Shown: in pieces, positions 35,829-45,346 of the stretch
Layout of the letters: each line of letters opens with the position of its first letter
Position numbering within the stretch: the first letter of the stretch is position 1
Source: a virus
Lineage: Duplodnaviria > Heunggongvirae > Uroviricota > Caudoviricetes
Virus record (IMG/VR): IMGVR_UViG_3300020156_000003
Coordinates: 46,825-110,824 of that record
Length of the DNA stretch: 64,000 nt
Reading direction: 5' to 3' (one strand)
The notes under the pieces: generated by a model
Databases searched by the model: none
Seen by the model: only the letters and a program-made list of their open reading frames with translations
Told to the model about the DNA's origin: nothing
Translations under genes and position numbers: made by a program

Positions 35829-36893
35829 ATGGAGAAGCCCTTTGGCTTGATCAGTGATAGCCATCACCACAACTGGTCTGCCTTTTCGACAACCCTGGCG
35901 ACCGGCGTCAACAGCCGGCTTCAGGAGATCCTGGACGAGACGACGCGCTGCGCCGTCGAGGTCAAGAAGGCGGGTGGCGACACGATGTATCACGGTGGCG
36001 ACCTGTTCCACGTTCGCGGGAGCATCGCGCCGTCGGTCTTGGTGCCGACCCTGGACTGCTACCGTCACATCATCGACGACCTTGGCATTCGCGTGGTCAT
36101 CAACGCCGGCAACCATGACCTCGAAGGCAAGGAGGCGTCGCGCGTGTCGTCGGCAATCACCGCGCTCGAAGGCATCGGCTGCTACGTGGTCAACAAGCCG
36201 AACTACGGCTCCTTCGACCGCATGGTCGTAATCCCCTGGATCCCCAACATCGAGGACTTGAAGAAGGCGATCGAGCACATCGATCCGATCGACCGCAAGG
36301 ACTGCGACCTGCTGCTGCACGCGCCGATCGACGGCGTGATTCCTGGCCTGCCCGACCACGGTCTGACCGACGCGTACCTGGCCGGTCTGGGCTACCGCCG
36401 CGTGTTCGCCGGTCACTACCACCATCACAAGGACTTCGGCAACGGCGTCTACAGCATCGGCAACCTGACCCCGCAGACCTGGAGCGACATCGGAACGAAG
36501 GCGGGCTTTTTGATCTGCACGCCGACCGAAGTCAGGTGGCACAAGTCGCACGCACCCGGCTTCGTGGAAATCGACGGCGCGACTGATCCGGACGAAATCC
36601 CGCTGATCGTCGATGGCAACTATGCGCGCGTGAAGATCAACAGCGCCAAAGCGGCTGACGTGGAAGCGATGCGTCAATTCCTGATGGATAGCGGCGCCAA
36701 GGGCGTGACCGTGTTGCAAATCAAGGATCCGACTGCCGCGGTGTCGATGCGCGTCGGTGGCGCGCTGCTCAAGGCCGGCGCCACCCTGGAGCAGTCGATC
36801 AACGACTTCATCAAGGCGAAGGGTTTCGCCCGCGAGCCTGACCTGGCGAAAGTGTGCCAGGAGATTCTGACCAACGTGAGGGCTGTCGTATGA
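35829..36893 (+). CDS. sbcD: SbcD/Mre11-like nuclease
   Basis: Metallophosphoesterase motifs DSHH, GGDLFH, GNHD and GHYHH. Paired with the SbcC-like gene. Confidence 0.8.
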   Translation: MEKPFGLISDSHHHNWSAFSTTLATGVNSRLQEILDETTRCAVEVKKAGGDTMYHGGDLFHVRGSIAPSVLVPTLDCYRHIIDDLGIRVVINAGNHDLEGKEASRVSSAITALEGIGCYVVNKPNYGSFDRMVVIPWIPNIEDLKKAIEHIDPIDRKDCDLLLHAPIDGVIPGLPDHGLTDAYLAGLGYRRVFAGHYHHHKDFGNGVYSIGNLTPQTWSDIGTKAGFLICTPTEVRWHKSHAPGFVEIDGATDPDEIPLIVDGNYARVKINSAKAADVEAMRQFLMDSGAKGVTVLQIKDPTAAVSMRVGGALLKAGATLEQSINDFIKAKGFAREPDLAKVCQEILTNVRAVV

Positions 36894-37153
36894 CTTGGGC
36901 ATTGATCGCGCAAAGCGCCATTGACGGGCCGTGCGGCGGGATTCTCGCCGCTTCTGCCGACATCGAGACTCACATCATCGCCGAAGACAGCACGATGGGC
37001 CTGTTCATCTTTCCGGATAGCTGGATCGACCCTGGCTTCTACCTGTGGGAAGGCACGATGGAGGCGGCCCTGACCGGCGAGGGCGGCAAGCATACTGTGG
37101 TCGCACCCGAGGACGTGCAGCGCTGGATTGACCGCAGCGGGGAGGAAGCATGA
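36890..37153 (+). CDS. Hypothetical protein
   Basis: ATGA coupling with the upstream gene. Confidence 0.4.
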   Translation: MTWALIAQSAIDGPCGGILAASADIETHIIAEDSTMGLFIFPDSWIDPGFYLWEGTMEAALTGEGGKHTVVAPEDVQRWIDRSGEEA

Positions 37154-37590
37154 GCGACTTCATCGTCAAGGCGATCGTCGACCAGCTTGCCGACGCCGGC
37201 TGCCCGTTGACCGCGCAACAGGTCAACGCGCTTGTTGATGTGCGCAAGAAGTCGATGGCAAAGGCACGCGAGGAGATCAAGAACGCCGTGCGGGCGTCGC
37301 TTCTCAAGGACGGCATCGATACCTCTGACATCAAGCGAGCGGCGCGTGAAATGACTCAGGATACGGTCAATAACACGCTTAAGGAGCGCAACATCGAGCA
37401 GATGGTGGACGCACAAATCCAGAAAGCAATCGCTGCCGCTTTCTCGCCGGCGACAGACATCAAACTCATGGTGAAAAGCGCCATCGAGCGTGAGGCGGCG
37501 AAGGTAGCGCACGAATACATCAAGACCAACATGAAGGTGGATGTTTCGATCAACGAAACGGGCCACTACGTACAAGGGGGAACCTTCTAA
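37150..37590 (+). CDS. Hypothetical protein
   Basis: ORF with a coupled start. Confidence 0.45.
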   Translation: MSDFIVKAIVDQLADAGCPLTAQQVNALVDVRKKSMAKAREEIKNAVRASLLKDGIDTSDIKRAAREMTQDTVNNTLKERNIEQMVDAQIQKAIAAAFSPATDIKLMVKSAIEREAAKVAHEYIKTNMKVDVSINETGHYVQGGTF

Positions 37591-39533
37591 TGGACATCAC
37601 CAACCTTTCCATCCGTAATTTCCTGACCATCGGCGCGGCCGAGCTGGAGCTGGACAGCCGCGGGCTGCTTCTGATCCAGGGCGAAAACGCCGACGACACG
37701 TCCGCGTCCTCCAACGGCGCCGGCAAGTCATCCATCGTTGACTCGATCTGCTGGTGCCTGTACGGGACGACGGCGCGCGACGTGACCGGCGACGACGTGG
37801 TCAACGCGATCGCCAAGAAGGACTGCATGGTGCAGGTTCTCCTGGACGACAACGGCACCGTCTACAAGATCACCCGCTACCGCAAGGACAAAGTCCACAA
37901 AAACCAGTTGTTCGTGGAGCAACAGGACGGCGCCAACTGGCTCGACCTTTCCAAAGGCACTGACAAGGAAACGCAGGAGGTCGTGCGCAAGATCATGGGT
38001 TGCAGCCTGGACGTATTCATCGGCGCGATCTACGCGGGGCAGGAGAAGATGCCCGACCTGCCTGGCATGACCGACAAGCAACTCAAGCTCTTGATCGAGG
38101 AGGCGGCCGGCGTCGAAGAACTCGCCGACGCCTACACCGAAGCATCGCGCCTGTCCCTGATCGCCGAAAAGGACTTCAGTGCGGCGGCGGCCGCGGTCAA
38201 GACGACGCAGCAGCGCCTCGCCGGCATCGAAGCTGAACTGGCCGACGCCGAAGTGCAGCACAAGCTGTTCGAGGACGGCCGCAAGGATCGCGCTCGGGCG
38301 GAGCTGGCGAAGGTCAAGCCGCTGGAGGAGGGAATTGCGCAGTGCAAGGCGGAGATTGCCACCTATGACGTGACCAGCATGTCGGCGCGTAAAGCTGCCA
38401 TCGAAACCGATCTCGGCGCTCATCAGACGCAGGTGGACGAGCTAAACAGCCTGATCACAGAAGAACGCAAGCTGGCAACCCGCGTCGCCTCGCTGCGCAC
38501 GACCGCGGAAACCGAGAAGAAGCGCCTGGACGCGCAGATCGCGGCCCTGGCTGACATTGATAGCCAGGTCGGCAAGCCCTGCGGCGAGTGTGGCAAGGCT
38601 TACTGTGAACACGACCTGGAAGACGCCAAGAAGACCCGCCAGGCGTCGATCGCTGCCGCCAAAGCGAACCTGCAAACCAACGTCGCCGCACTCCGCGAGG
38701 CGATCGACGCGCAGAAGAAGGCGGCAACCGACATTGACACGTTCAAGTCCGGCATGACCGACGTATCGGCGGTTTCGACGGAACTCAAGCAAATCGAAAC
38801 CAAGCTCGCCGAAGTCGCCGCCCTGTCCCGCAAGGTGCAGAGCTACGAGGCAGGCATCGAAGCGGTCAAGGTGGCAGCCAAAGCGAAGCTGACCGAAACG
38901 AACCCCTGGACGAAGGCGGTCGAGTCAAAGCGCGAAGACCGCCAGCGCACCGAGAACGCCATCGGGCAAGCTGAGATCGAGCTGAAGGCGCTGGAAGAAA
39001 AAGCTGAACTCTACGGGAACGCAAAGAAGGTGTTCGGGCCTGCGGGCGTCCGCGCACATATTCTCGATACGGTGACGCCATTTCTGAACGAGAAGACCAC
39101 CGACTATCTGGGCGCACTGGCGGACGGGAATATTCACGCGCAATGGTCGACGCTGGCACCAACGGCGAAGGGCGACCTGAAGGAGAAGTTCAACATCGAT
39201 GTGACCAACGACAAGGGCGGCAAGTCATTCAAGGCGCTGTCCGGCGGTGAAAAGCGCAAGGTGCGCATCGCCTCCAACATGGCCCTGCAAGACATGGTTG
39301 CCTCGCGCGCGGAGAAGCCCATCAACCTGTGGATCGGTGACGAAATCGATCACGCGCTGGACGAGCCGGGGCTGGAGCGCCTGATGACCGTCCTCGACCG
39401 TAAGGCGAAGGAGCGCGGCACGGTGATCGTGATCAGCCACAACTCGCTTTCTGATTGGATCGACAACGTCATCCACATCAAGAAGTCGGGCGGCATCTCC
39501 ACCGTGTCGGGCGCAACCCATCGTGGCTTCTGA
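37590..39533 (+). CDS. sbcC: SbcC/Rad50-like ATPase
   Basis: Walker A SSNGAGKSS. Long coiled coil. ABC signature LSGGEKRKV. Walker B LWIGDEIDHALD. Confidence 0.85.
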   Translation: MDITNLSIRNFLTIGAAELELDSRGLLLIQGENADDTSASSNGAGKSSIVDSICWCLYGTTARDVTGDDVVNAIAKKDCMVQVLLDDNGTVYKITRYRKDKVHKNQLFVEQQDGANWLDLSKGTDKETQEVVRKIMGCSLDVFIGAIYAGQEKMPDLPGMTDKQLKLLIEEAAGVEELADAYTEASRLSLIAEKDFSAAAAAVKTTQQRLAGIEAELADAEVQHKLFEDGRKDRARAELAKVKPLEEGIAQCKAEIATYDVTSMSARKAAIETDLGAHQTQVDELNSLITEERKLATRVASLRTTAETEKKRLDAQIAALADIDSQVGKPCGECGKAYCEHDLEDAKKTRQASIAAAKANLQTNVAALREAIDAQKKAATDIDTFKSGMTDVSAVSTELKQIETKLAEVAALSRKVQSYEAGIEAVKVAAKAKLTETNPWTKAVESKREDRQRTENAIGQAEIELKALEEKAELYGNAKKVFGPAGVRAHILDTVTPFLNEKTTDYLGALADGNIHAQWSTLAPTAKGDLKEKFNIDVTNDKGGKSFKALSGGEKRKVRIASNMALQDMVASRAEKPINLWIGDEIDHALDEPGLERLMTVLDRKAKERGTVIVISHNSLSDWIDNVIHIKKSGGISTVSGATHRGF

Positions 39534-39573
39534 CGAGAAGGATTGGCCGAGCAGGGAGGATTGGGCGGAGGTC

Positions 39574-40299
39574 ATGAAGACAATCATCACGTCCAACCCT
39601 TCCGGCCCCCGTTCTTTCTTCGAGGAGCAATTCCTGACCAACCCCTGCGCCGAGATTCCGCTGACGACTATCCGACCGCGCGGCACGACAAGCATCCTGT
39701 CGGGCGCGTCGTCAGGCGTACATCTCGACGGCACCAAGCCTTACCTGCGCGACATCAAGATTCGCGGCCAGGAGATCACCGGCATCTGGCTCGATGAACT
39801 TGCAGAGATTGAGGATTATGAGGATTTTGATATGGCAAAAGACAACCCGATCCACCCCGAAGTGCATGAGGCGCTGACCAAGCTCGCCGAGCGCATGACG
39901 GCATGGTTTGTGGAGCAAAAAATCAATGGCTCTTATGACGACACGAAACTGAGCCTGCTGGCGCCTAGCATGTTGACCGTGAATACGCCAGGTAAAGGCT
40001 ACAAGAAGCACAACCACATCGGCGGCGAGGAGTTCTATCCGCAGAGTGTGTACGTCGGCAAGACCAATCGGCTGATCTTCGTATTCAAGCCGGTTGACGC
40101 GCAGCCTTACAGTGAAATGGAGATGACCGAGAACGAGGCGCAGACGCAACTCGACAAGTTTCGCAGCGTCGCCAACATGGCCGCTGGCGGCAACTTCCTC
40201 GGTGAGCTGAAGGCGATCCGAGAGCTGGAGAGTAAGGCGCGCGAGCAAGAGGCGATGAAGGACAAGTTCAACGAATACGCGGAGTTCGGATCATGGTGA
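39574..40299 (+). CDS. Hypothetical protein with an RNR-like NPCAEIPL motif.
   Basis: GGAGG RBS. FEEQFLTNPCAEIPLTT resembles the NPCGEI active-site loop of class II RNR. Confidence 0.45.
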   Translation: MKTIITSNPSGPRSFFEEQFLTNPCAEIPLTTIRPRGTTSILSGASSGVHLDGTKPYLRDIKIRGQEITGIWLDELAEIEDYEDFDMAKDNPIHPEVHEALTKLAERMTAWFVEQKINGSYDDTKLSLLAPSMLTVNTPGKGYKKHNHIGGEEFYPQSVYVGKTNRLIFVFKPVDAQPYSEMEMTENEAQTQLDKFRSVANMAAGGNFLGELKAIRELESKAREQEAMKDKFNEYAEFGSW

Positions 40300-40574
40300 C
40301 GGTCATGACGGCACCGACGATTGCCAATCCGTTGGACCTTGCCCACGTCGAAAGTGTGATCGATAGCATCTCCAATGCCGTCAATCACAATTCGATTGAG
40401 CTGCACGCTGCCGTTACCAAATTGGGGACGGAAATTGCTGACAACCCTACAGGCGGCCAGCGCACGGAAAAGCGCCTGTTGGAATTGGAGCTGACGGTCA
40501 AGGCAATAAAGGAGCAGGTTGATGGACTGAAGAAGCAACTGGCCGACAGACCTCAGACGGAGGCGACATGGTAG
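40293..40574 (+). CDS. Hypothetical protein
   Basis: ORF. Confidence 0.4.
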   Translation: MVTVMTAPTIANPLDLAHVESVIDSISNAVNHNSIELHAAVTKLGTEIADNPTGGQRTEKRLLELELTVKAIKEQVDGLKKQLADRPQTEATW

Positions 40575-41131
40575 ACCTGACACTACGCGGCGACTTCACC
40601 TGCTTGGAACGCGCGCGCATCTACGCCACCGCGGCACACGCGGCTGTCCAGCAAAAGCGCAAATACACCAACGAGCCTTACATCGTCCACCCGACCGAGG
40701 TCGCCGAGATTGTCATGGCGGTGCCGCACACGACTGAAATGGTGATGGCGGCTTTCCTACATGACGTGGTCGAGGACACTGGCGTGACCATCAAGGACAT
40801 CGTCCTGGAGTTCGGGCCGACTGTGGCGCTCTACGTCGATGGACTGACCAACGTCGCCAAGCCGGCCGACGGCAACCGCGCCAAGCGCTTCCAGATGAAC
40901 CTCGACCATCTGGCGATCCAATGCGCGGAAGTGCAGACGATCAAGGTCGCCGACCTCATTTCCAACACATCCACCATCGTCGCGTATGACCCGAAGTTTG
41001 CCAAGGTCTACCTGGAGGAGAAGCGTCAAGTCTTGCTGGCGCTGACTCAGGCAGACCCCACGCTGTTGAAGCGGGCATGGAACATCCTCAACGAATCACT
41101 GGCAACCCTCAACCAACTGGAGAAAGCATGA
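40568..41131 (+). CDS. HD-domain (p)ppGpp hydrolase-like protein (RelA/SpoT-homolog hydrolase domain, SAH/Mesh1-like).
   Basis: NEPYIVHPTEVAEIV...AAFLHDVVEDTGVTIKDIVLEFGPTVALYVDGLT aligns with the SpoT/Mesh1 HD signature EPYIxHPLxVA...AALLHDVVEDT...I...FG..VA.LV.GvT. Confidence 0.7.
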   Translation: MVDLTLRGDFTCLERARIYATAAHAAVQQKRKYTNEPYIVHPTEVAEIVMAVPHTTEMVMAAFLHDVVEDTGVTIKDIVLEFGPTVALYVDGLTNVAKPADGNRAKRFQMNLDHLAIQCAEVQTIKVADLISNTSTIVAYDPKFAKVYLEEKRQVLLALTQADPTLLKRAWNILNESLATLNQLEKA

Positions 41132-41748
41132 GCAGCAAAGTAAAAGTCGTCGGCCTCGATCCGAGTCTGAGCAATTTCGGTATCGCCTTCGCAACGCTTG
41201 ACCTCGACACCATGAAGTTCACGGTGGACGACTTGACGGTCGCGCAGACCGAACCCGAGAAAGACAAGAAAGTCCGCAAGCAGGTGCGCAAGAACAGCGA
41301 AGACCTGGAGCGCGCCCGCCTGCTGCACCGTGCGGCAATGGAAGCGGTGCAGGGCGAGGGCGTGCTGATGGCCTTTGTCGAAGTGCCGGTGGGCAGCCAG
41401 TCGGCGCGCGCGATGGCGTCCTATGGGGTCTGCCTGGGCGTGCTGGCGGCGGTCGCTGAAACTCTGCCGATCATTCAGGTCACGCCGACCGAAGTCAAGC
41501 TTGCCGGCTGCGGCATCAAGACCGCGACCAAGGATGAAATGATCGAAGCGATGGTGGCGAAGTATCCCGGCGCACCGTGGCCCATGAAGACGGTCAAGGG
41601 CGTGTCCACCCCGATTTCTTCCAAGTGCGAGCACCTGGCTGACGCGGTGGCCGCCATCGAGGCTGGCATTGCGTCCGACGAATTCCGGCAGACCATTGCC
41701 GTCTTCAAATCTAGCCCGATCTTCAAGCGCTTTGCCGCTGCGACCTAG
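41128..41748 (+). CDS. RuvC-like Holliday junction resolvase
   Basis: N-terminal VVGLDPSLSNFGIAFA. C-terminal CEHLADAVAAIEAG resembles the catalytic RuvC DAADAxAIA motif. Confidence 0.7.
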   Translation: MSSKVKVVGLDPSLSNFGIAFATLDLDTMKFTVDDLTVAQTEPEKDKKVRKQVRKNSEDLERARLLHRAAMEAVQGEGVLMAFVEVPVGSQSARAMASYGVCLGVLAAVAETLPIIQVTPTEVKLAGCGIKTATKDEMIEAMVAKYPGAPWPMKTVKGVSTPISSKCEHLADAVAAIEAGIASDEFRQTIAVFKSSPIFKRFAAAT

Positions 41749-41768
41749 CCGGCGTATGCCTGAATAGT

Positions 41769-41807
41769 TCAGTCAGTCGTGACTATAATAAGTTCACGAC
41801 TGACTGA
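41769..41807. promoter_or_regulatory. 14 bp-arm palindrome with a TATAAT in its centre.
   Basis: TCAGTCAGTCGTGA-cTATAATaagt-TCACGACTGACTGA. Confidence 0.55.
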
Positions 41808-41822
41808 GTTTCGGAGGGCAAA

Positions 41823-42278
41823 ATGGCAGTATATGAGCCGCACTGGCTCACCGGGGAGTTTCCAGAGGTAGGTTACGAGCGACACGTCGATACTGGCCCA
41901 CGCCTGGACAACTCTTGCGTTGGCGCAAAGGTGAACTTGCCCGAGCGCGTCGAGGCGGGCCTGCGGGCACAGCTCCACCAGCGCGGCATGGAAGCGCTGG
42001 CATTGGAGATCAAGAAAGCGACGCCGGCCTGCGTCGAGTGCGAGGCGGTTACGGTTGAGGCGAGTCGCGAGCACAGCGTCATGAACTTCGACGAAGTTGT
42101 GATCCTGCGCGCCAAATGCAGGCATGGACGCTGCAATAAGCGCGAGACATTCAAGGTGAAAGGTGAGCCGCTTCTGCCGGCCGCGAGCGAGTGGCGATCT
42201 GCCCCGCAGCCTAAACCCGATCCCCAACCCATTGAACGCAAGCCCGACGTGCCGGCGACGGCAACGGACGCTTGGTAG
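41823..42278 (+). CDS. Cys-rich hypothetical protein
   Basis: GGAGGG RBS. Several CxxC motifs. Confidence 0.45.
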   Translation: MAVYEPHWLTGEFPEVGYERHVDTGPRLDNSCVGAKVNLPERVEAGLRAQLHQRGMEALALEIKKATPACVECEAVTVEASREHSVMNFDEVVILRAKCRHGRCNKRETFKVKGEPLLPAASEWRSAPQPKPDPQPIERKPDVPATATDAW

Positions 42279-42287
42279 GAGAAACAC

Positions 42288-42593
42288 ATGGCAAGTTTGC
42301 TTTCTGACATCCTCACGCCTGGCTGGTCGACATCCACGCCTGGCGACATGAAGAACCCATCGGGTCTGAAGCAGTTCGGGCAGGCGAGCGCCGCCGCGGC
42401 AGCCGCAGCAGCGTCCAGCGCCAGCGCGATGGCGTCCCTGAGCGCGGCAATCGCCGATGTCGGGCCGCATACGATCAAGGTTGACAGCAACGGCACGATC
42501 ACCGGCTTTGGCCTGCATTTCAACAGCGCGTCTGCCCCGAAGCAAGCCGATCCCGACGCCGACAAGCCGAAGACTTCGGAAGACGCCTGGTAA
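42288..42593 (+). CDS. Hypothetical protein
   Basis: ORF with a poly-Ala stretch. Confidence 0.4.
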   Translation: MASLLSDILTPGWSTSTPGDMKNPSGLKQFGQASAAAAAAAASSASAMASLSAAIADVGPHTIKVDSNGTITGFGLHFNSASAPKQADPDADKPKTSEDAW

Positions 42594-42607
42594 TTTTCAA
42601 CCCTTAT

Positions 42608-42635
42608 AGTAAGTCATAAGTGACTCACCTATAAT
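42608..42635 (+). promoter_or_regulatory. Hybrid promoter and operator.
   Basis: AGTAAGTCATAAGTGACTCACCTATAAT. This site has the type A layout but carries a full AAGTCA-TGACT palindrome. Confidence 0.55.
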
Positions 42636-42671
42636 TCCACCCCCACCAACGAAAGATACAAAGGAAGAAGC

Positions 42672-45158
42672 ATGAGTAGTTATGCAACACCCGCCCGCAC
42701 CTACGCCAAGGGCATTGGCGACGCGGTCGCGGATCGCACCATCAACCGCAAGATCACCCGTCCGGTGCCGGCATATAAGAAGCCGATGGTGATCCCGCGC
42801 CGCGACGACATGGCGCTCGACGCCGAAGTGGCGGCATGGGCGAAGTCGAACAACCTTGCCATCGACGGCTATGACGTGACCTCTGGCGACGGCGAGTTCG
42901 TCGAGATCCTGTTGAACGTGGTCGGCGAGATCGATGTGGAGAAGTGGGAAGACGTAGCTTATCGCGTCGCCCTTGGCAGCTCCCTGCTGCACCCCCAGGC
43001 GAAAGACTTCTCCGCCGCCGACGTGCCGGCTACTTCCGAGCTGGCTGCGCTGGCAAACCGCCGCGCCCGCGAATTCGAGTCCATGCACCACCATCTGCGC
43101 CAGGCGTCCATTCTGATGTCCGGCCGCCACCTGCAACATGGTGACGAGACACAGCCGACCCGCAACATGGAAGTCTTCACGAACTGCTCCACCGCGGCGA
43201 TGAACGCGCTGAACTTCTACCTGCTCCTCAATGGCTCGGGTGTCGGTCGCAGCTACGACGACGCCATGATGCTGGTGGACTTTGCAGACCTGCCGATCAT
43301 CGTGCCGGTCATCGACTTCACCCATAAGGACGTGCAGACCGGCGAGATCGTCGGCGTGATGGATCGCCGCAGCGCCGAACACCTGTATGCCAACCGCACC
43401 ATCCACTACTTTGAAGTGCCGGACTCCCGCGAAGGATGGGCAAAGGCCAAAGAGAAGATGGAAGTCATGGCGTTCAAGAAGAAGCACCGCAAGGACGTGC
43501 TGATTTTGGACTTCACCAAGGTGCGTCCGCGCGGCAGCCCGATCGGTGGAATGCAGAACCGTCCGGCGTCCGGCCCTGGCCCGCTGATCTCGGCAATCCG
43601 CTGCATCGCCCAACTGCGTGACGCCGGCATGGCACCGTGGCGCAGCACCATGTATGCCGACCACTACAGCGCCGAGTGCGTGCTGGTTGGTGGCGCCCGC
43701 CGTGCTGCACGCATGGCAACAAAGACCTGGCGCGACGAAACCGTCCTCGACTTCATTCAACTCAAGCGCGGCGGGTTCCTGTGGTCGTCCAATAACAGCG
43801 TGACGGTGGATCAGGAGTTCTGGGATTACGTGCGCGGCGTGCGCCAGCCGGTGACGGAATACGAGCGCAAGATGTGCAAGCACGCCCATGCCGTGTTTGA
43901 CGCCTTGTGCGAAGCCGCCTACCACGACGGCACCGGCGAGCCTGGCATCATCACGGTGGACAAGTTGACCTGGAATGAAGAAGGCACCGACGTTCTGATG
44001 GACGGCAACTTCGCCGAGTCGGCCCGCTACAAGCTCGACGCCGACACGCTGGAGCTGACTGCCGCCCTGGCCCGCGCCTGGAAGAACTGCGCCTACAAGG
44101 TCATCACCAACCCCTGCGGCGAGATTGTGCTGTCGGCCCTTGGCGGCTACTGCGTGATCGCGGACGTGGTGCCGTTCCACGCCGGCCCGCCGGCGCCTTA
44201 CCGGAAAGAAAATCTGACGGTGTCGTGGGATGACGACGCTGAAGATGCCTTCCGCACCGCCACGCGCGCGCTGATTCGCACCAACCTGATGGACAGCCTC
44301 TACAGCAAGGAGGTCAAGCGCACTAACCGCATCGGCGTGGGCATCACGGGCCTGCACGAATACGCCTGGGCGCGCTTTGGCTACGGCTTCCGGGACATCA
44401 TCGACGAGGACAAGTCCAAGGACTTCTGGCTGACGCTCTCGCGCTTCAAGCGTGCAGTGCAGGATGAGGCGGCAAGCTACTCTGCGGAATTGGGCGTCGT
44501 GGCGCCGCACACCGACACAACTATCAAGCCGGCCGGCACCACGTCCAAGCTGTTCGGGCTGACCGAAGGCGCACACCTGGCGTCCATGCGCGAATACCTG
44601 CGTTGGGTGCAGTTCCGCAATGACGACCCGCTGATCGAGGAATACCGCGCGAAAGGCTATCCGGTCAAGAAGCTCCAGACCTACAGCGGAACGACCATTG
44701 TGGGCTTCCCGACCAAGCCGACCATCTGCACGCTTGGCATGGGCGACAAGCTGGTGACGGCGGCCGAAGCCACTCCCGAGGAGCAATACCAGTATCTCCG
44801 CCTGCTGGAGAAATACTGGATCACCGGCGTGGCCGAAGACGGCGTGACGCCGCTGCGTGAGACGGGCAATCAGGTGTCCTACACCTTGAAATACCTGCCC
44901 GCATCGGTGAGCTTCGAGGAGTTCAAGCGCACGCTGCTGGAAGGGCAAAGCACGATCCGTTGCTGCTCTGTTATGCCGCAGGGCGACACGTCGGCATACG
45001 AGTATCAGCCCGAGCAGCCGGTCACGAAGGCGGAGTTCGAGCTGATCGCCGCTGCCATCCAGGCGGACGTGAAGGAAGACATCGGCTTCGAGCATGTGGA
45101 CTGCTCGACTGGCGCCTGCCCGACCTCGTTCAACGAGAACGAGGCCGCCACCGCGTAA
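42672..45158 (+). CDS. Ribonucleotide reductase, probably class II (NrdJ-like).
   Basis: Active-site loop VITNPCGEIVLSALGGYC. C-terminal Cys pair CCSVMPQGD. No NrdB-like gene is nearby. Confidence 0.8.
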   Translation: MSSYATPARTYAKGIGDAVADRTINRKITRPVPAYKKPMVIPRRDDMALDAEVAAWAKSNNLAIDGYDVTSGDGEFVEILLNVVGEIDVEKWEDVAYRVALGSSLLHPQAKDFSAADVPATSELAALANRRAREFESMHHHLRQASILMSGRHLQHGDETQPTRNMEVFTNCSTAAMNALNFYLLLNGSGVGRSYDDAMMLVDFADLPIIVPVIDFTHKDVQTGEIVGVMDRRSAEHLYANRTIHYFEVPDSREGWAKAKEKMEVMAFKKKHRKDVLILDFTKVRPRGSPIGGMQNRPASGPGPLISAIRCIAQLRDAGMAPWRSTMYADHYSAECVLVGGARRAARMATKTWRDETVLDFIQLKRGGFLWSSNNSVTVDQEFWDYVRGVRQPVTEYERKMCKHAHAVFDALCEAAYHDGTGEPGIITVDKLTWNEEGTDVLMDGNFAESARYKLDADTLELTAALARAWKNCAYKVITNPCGEIVLSALGGYCVIADVVPFHAGPPAPYRKENLTVSWDDDAEDAFRTATRALIRTNLMDSLYSKEVKRTNRIGVGITGLHEYAWARFGYGFRDIIDEDKSKDFWLTLSRFKRAVQDEAASYSAELGVVAPHTDTTIKPAGTTSKLFGLTEGAHLASMREYLRWVQFRNDDPLIEEYRAKGYPVKKLQTYSGTTIVGFPTKPTICTLGMGDKLVTAAEATPEEQYQYLRLLEKYWITGVAEDGVTPLRETGNQVSYTLKYLPASVSFEEFKRTLLEGQSTIRCCSVMPQGDTSAYEYQPEQPVTKAEFELIAAAIQADVKEDIGFEHVDCSTGACPTSFNENEAATA

Positions 45159-45164
45159 GAGAGG

Positions 45165-45186
45165 GGAGGGGCGCAAGCCCCTCCTT
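45165..45186 (+). terminator. GC-rich hairpin terminator with a GNRA loop.
   Basis: GGAGGGGC-gcaa-GCCCCTCC followed by TTGTGG. Confidence 0.5.
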
Positions 45187-45280
45187 GTGGAGAGCCGACA
45201 TGATTGAATGGCCGGAGTTGAAGTTGCCGCCGATTAACTTGTGGAACGCACCGCGGACGAATCCGCCTCCTGCGCCTCAA

Positions 45281-45305
45281 AAGTAAGTAAGCGGTGAGCT
45301 ATAAT
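45281..45305 (+). promoter_or_regulatory. Type A promoter repeat, copy 4.
   Basis: AAGTAAGTAAGCGGTGAGCTATAATCATTTTGTCAGCGGG. This matches copy 1 at 38 of 40 positions. Confidence 0.6.
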
Positions 45306-45346
45306 CATTTTGTCAGCGGGTAACACCGCATGGATTGGAGAAGCAA

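Noticed and set aside
42597-45176. 859 aa minus-strand ORF
   Set aside because: It is an antisense mirror of the NrdJ-like gene. Its compositionally biased translation is rich in Arg, Ala and Gly.
45200-45286. 28 aa ORF between the NrdJ terminator and the type A promoter
   Set aside because: It has a GGAGAG RBS but is very short, and its 3' end overlaps the promoter repeat. It is kept only as a possibility.
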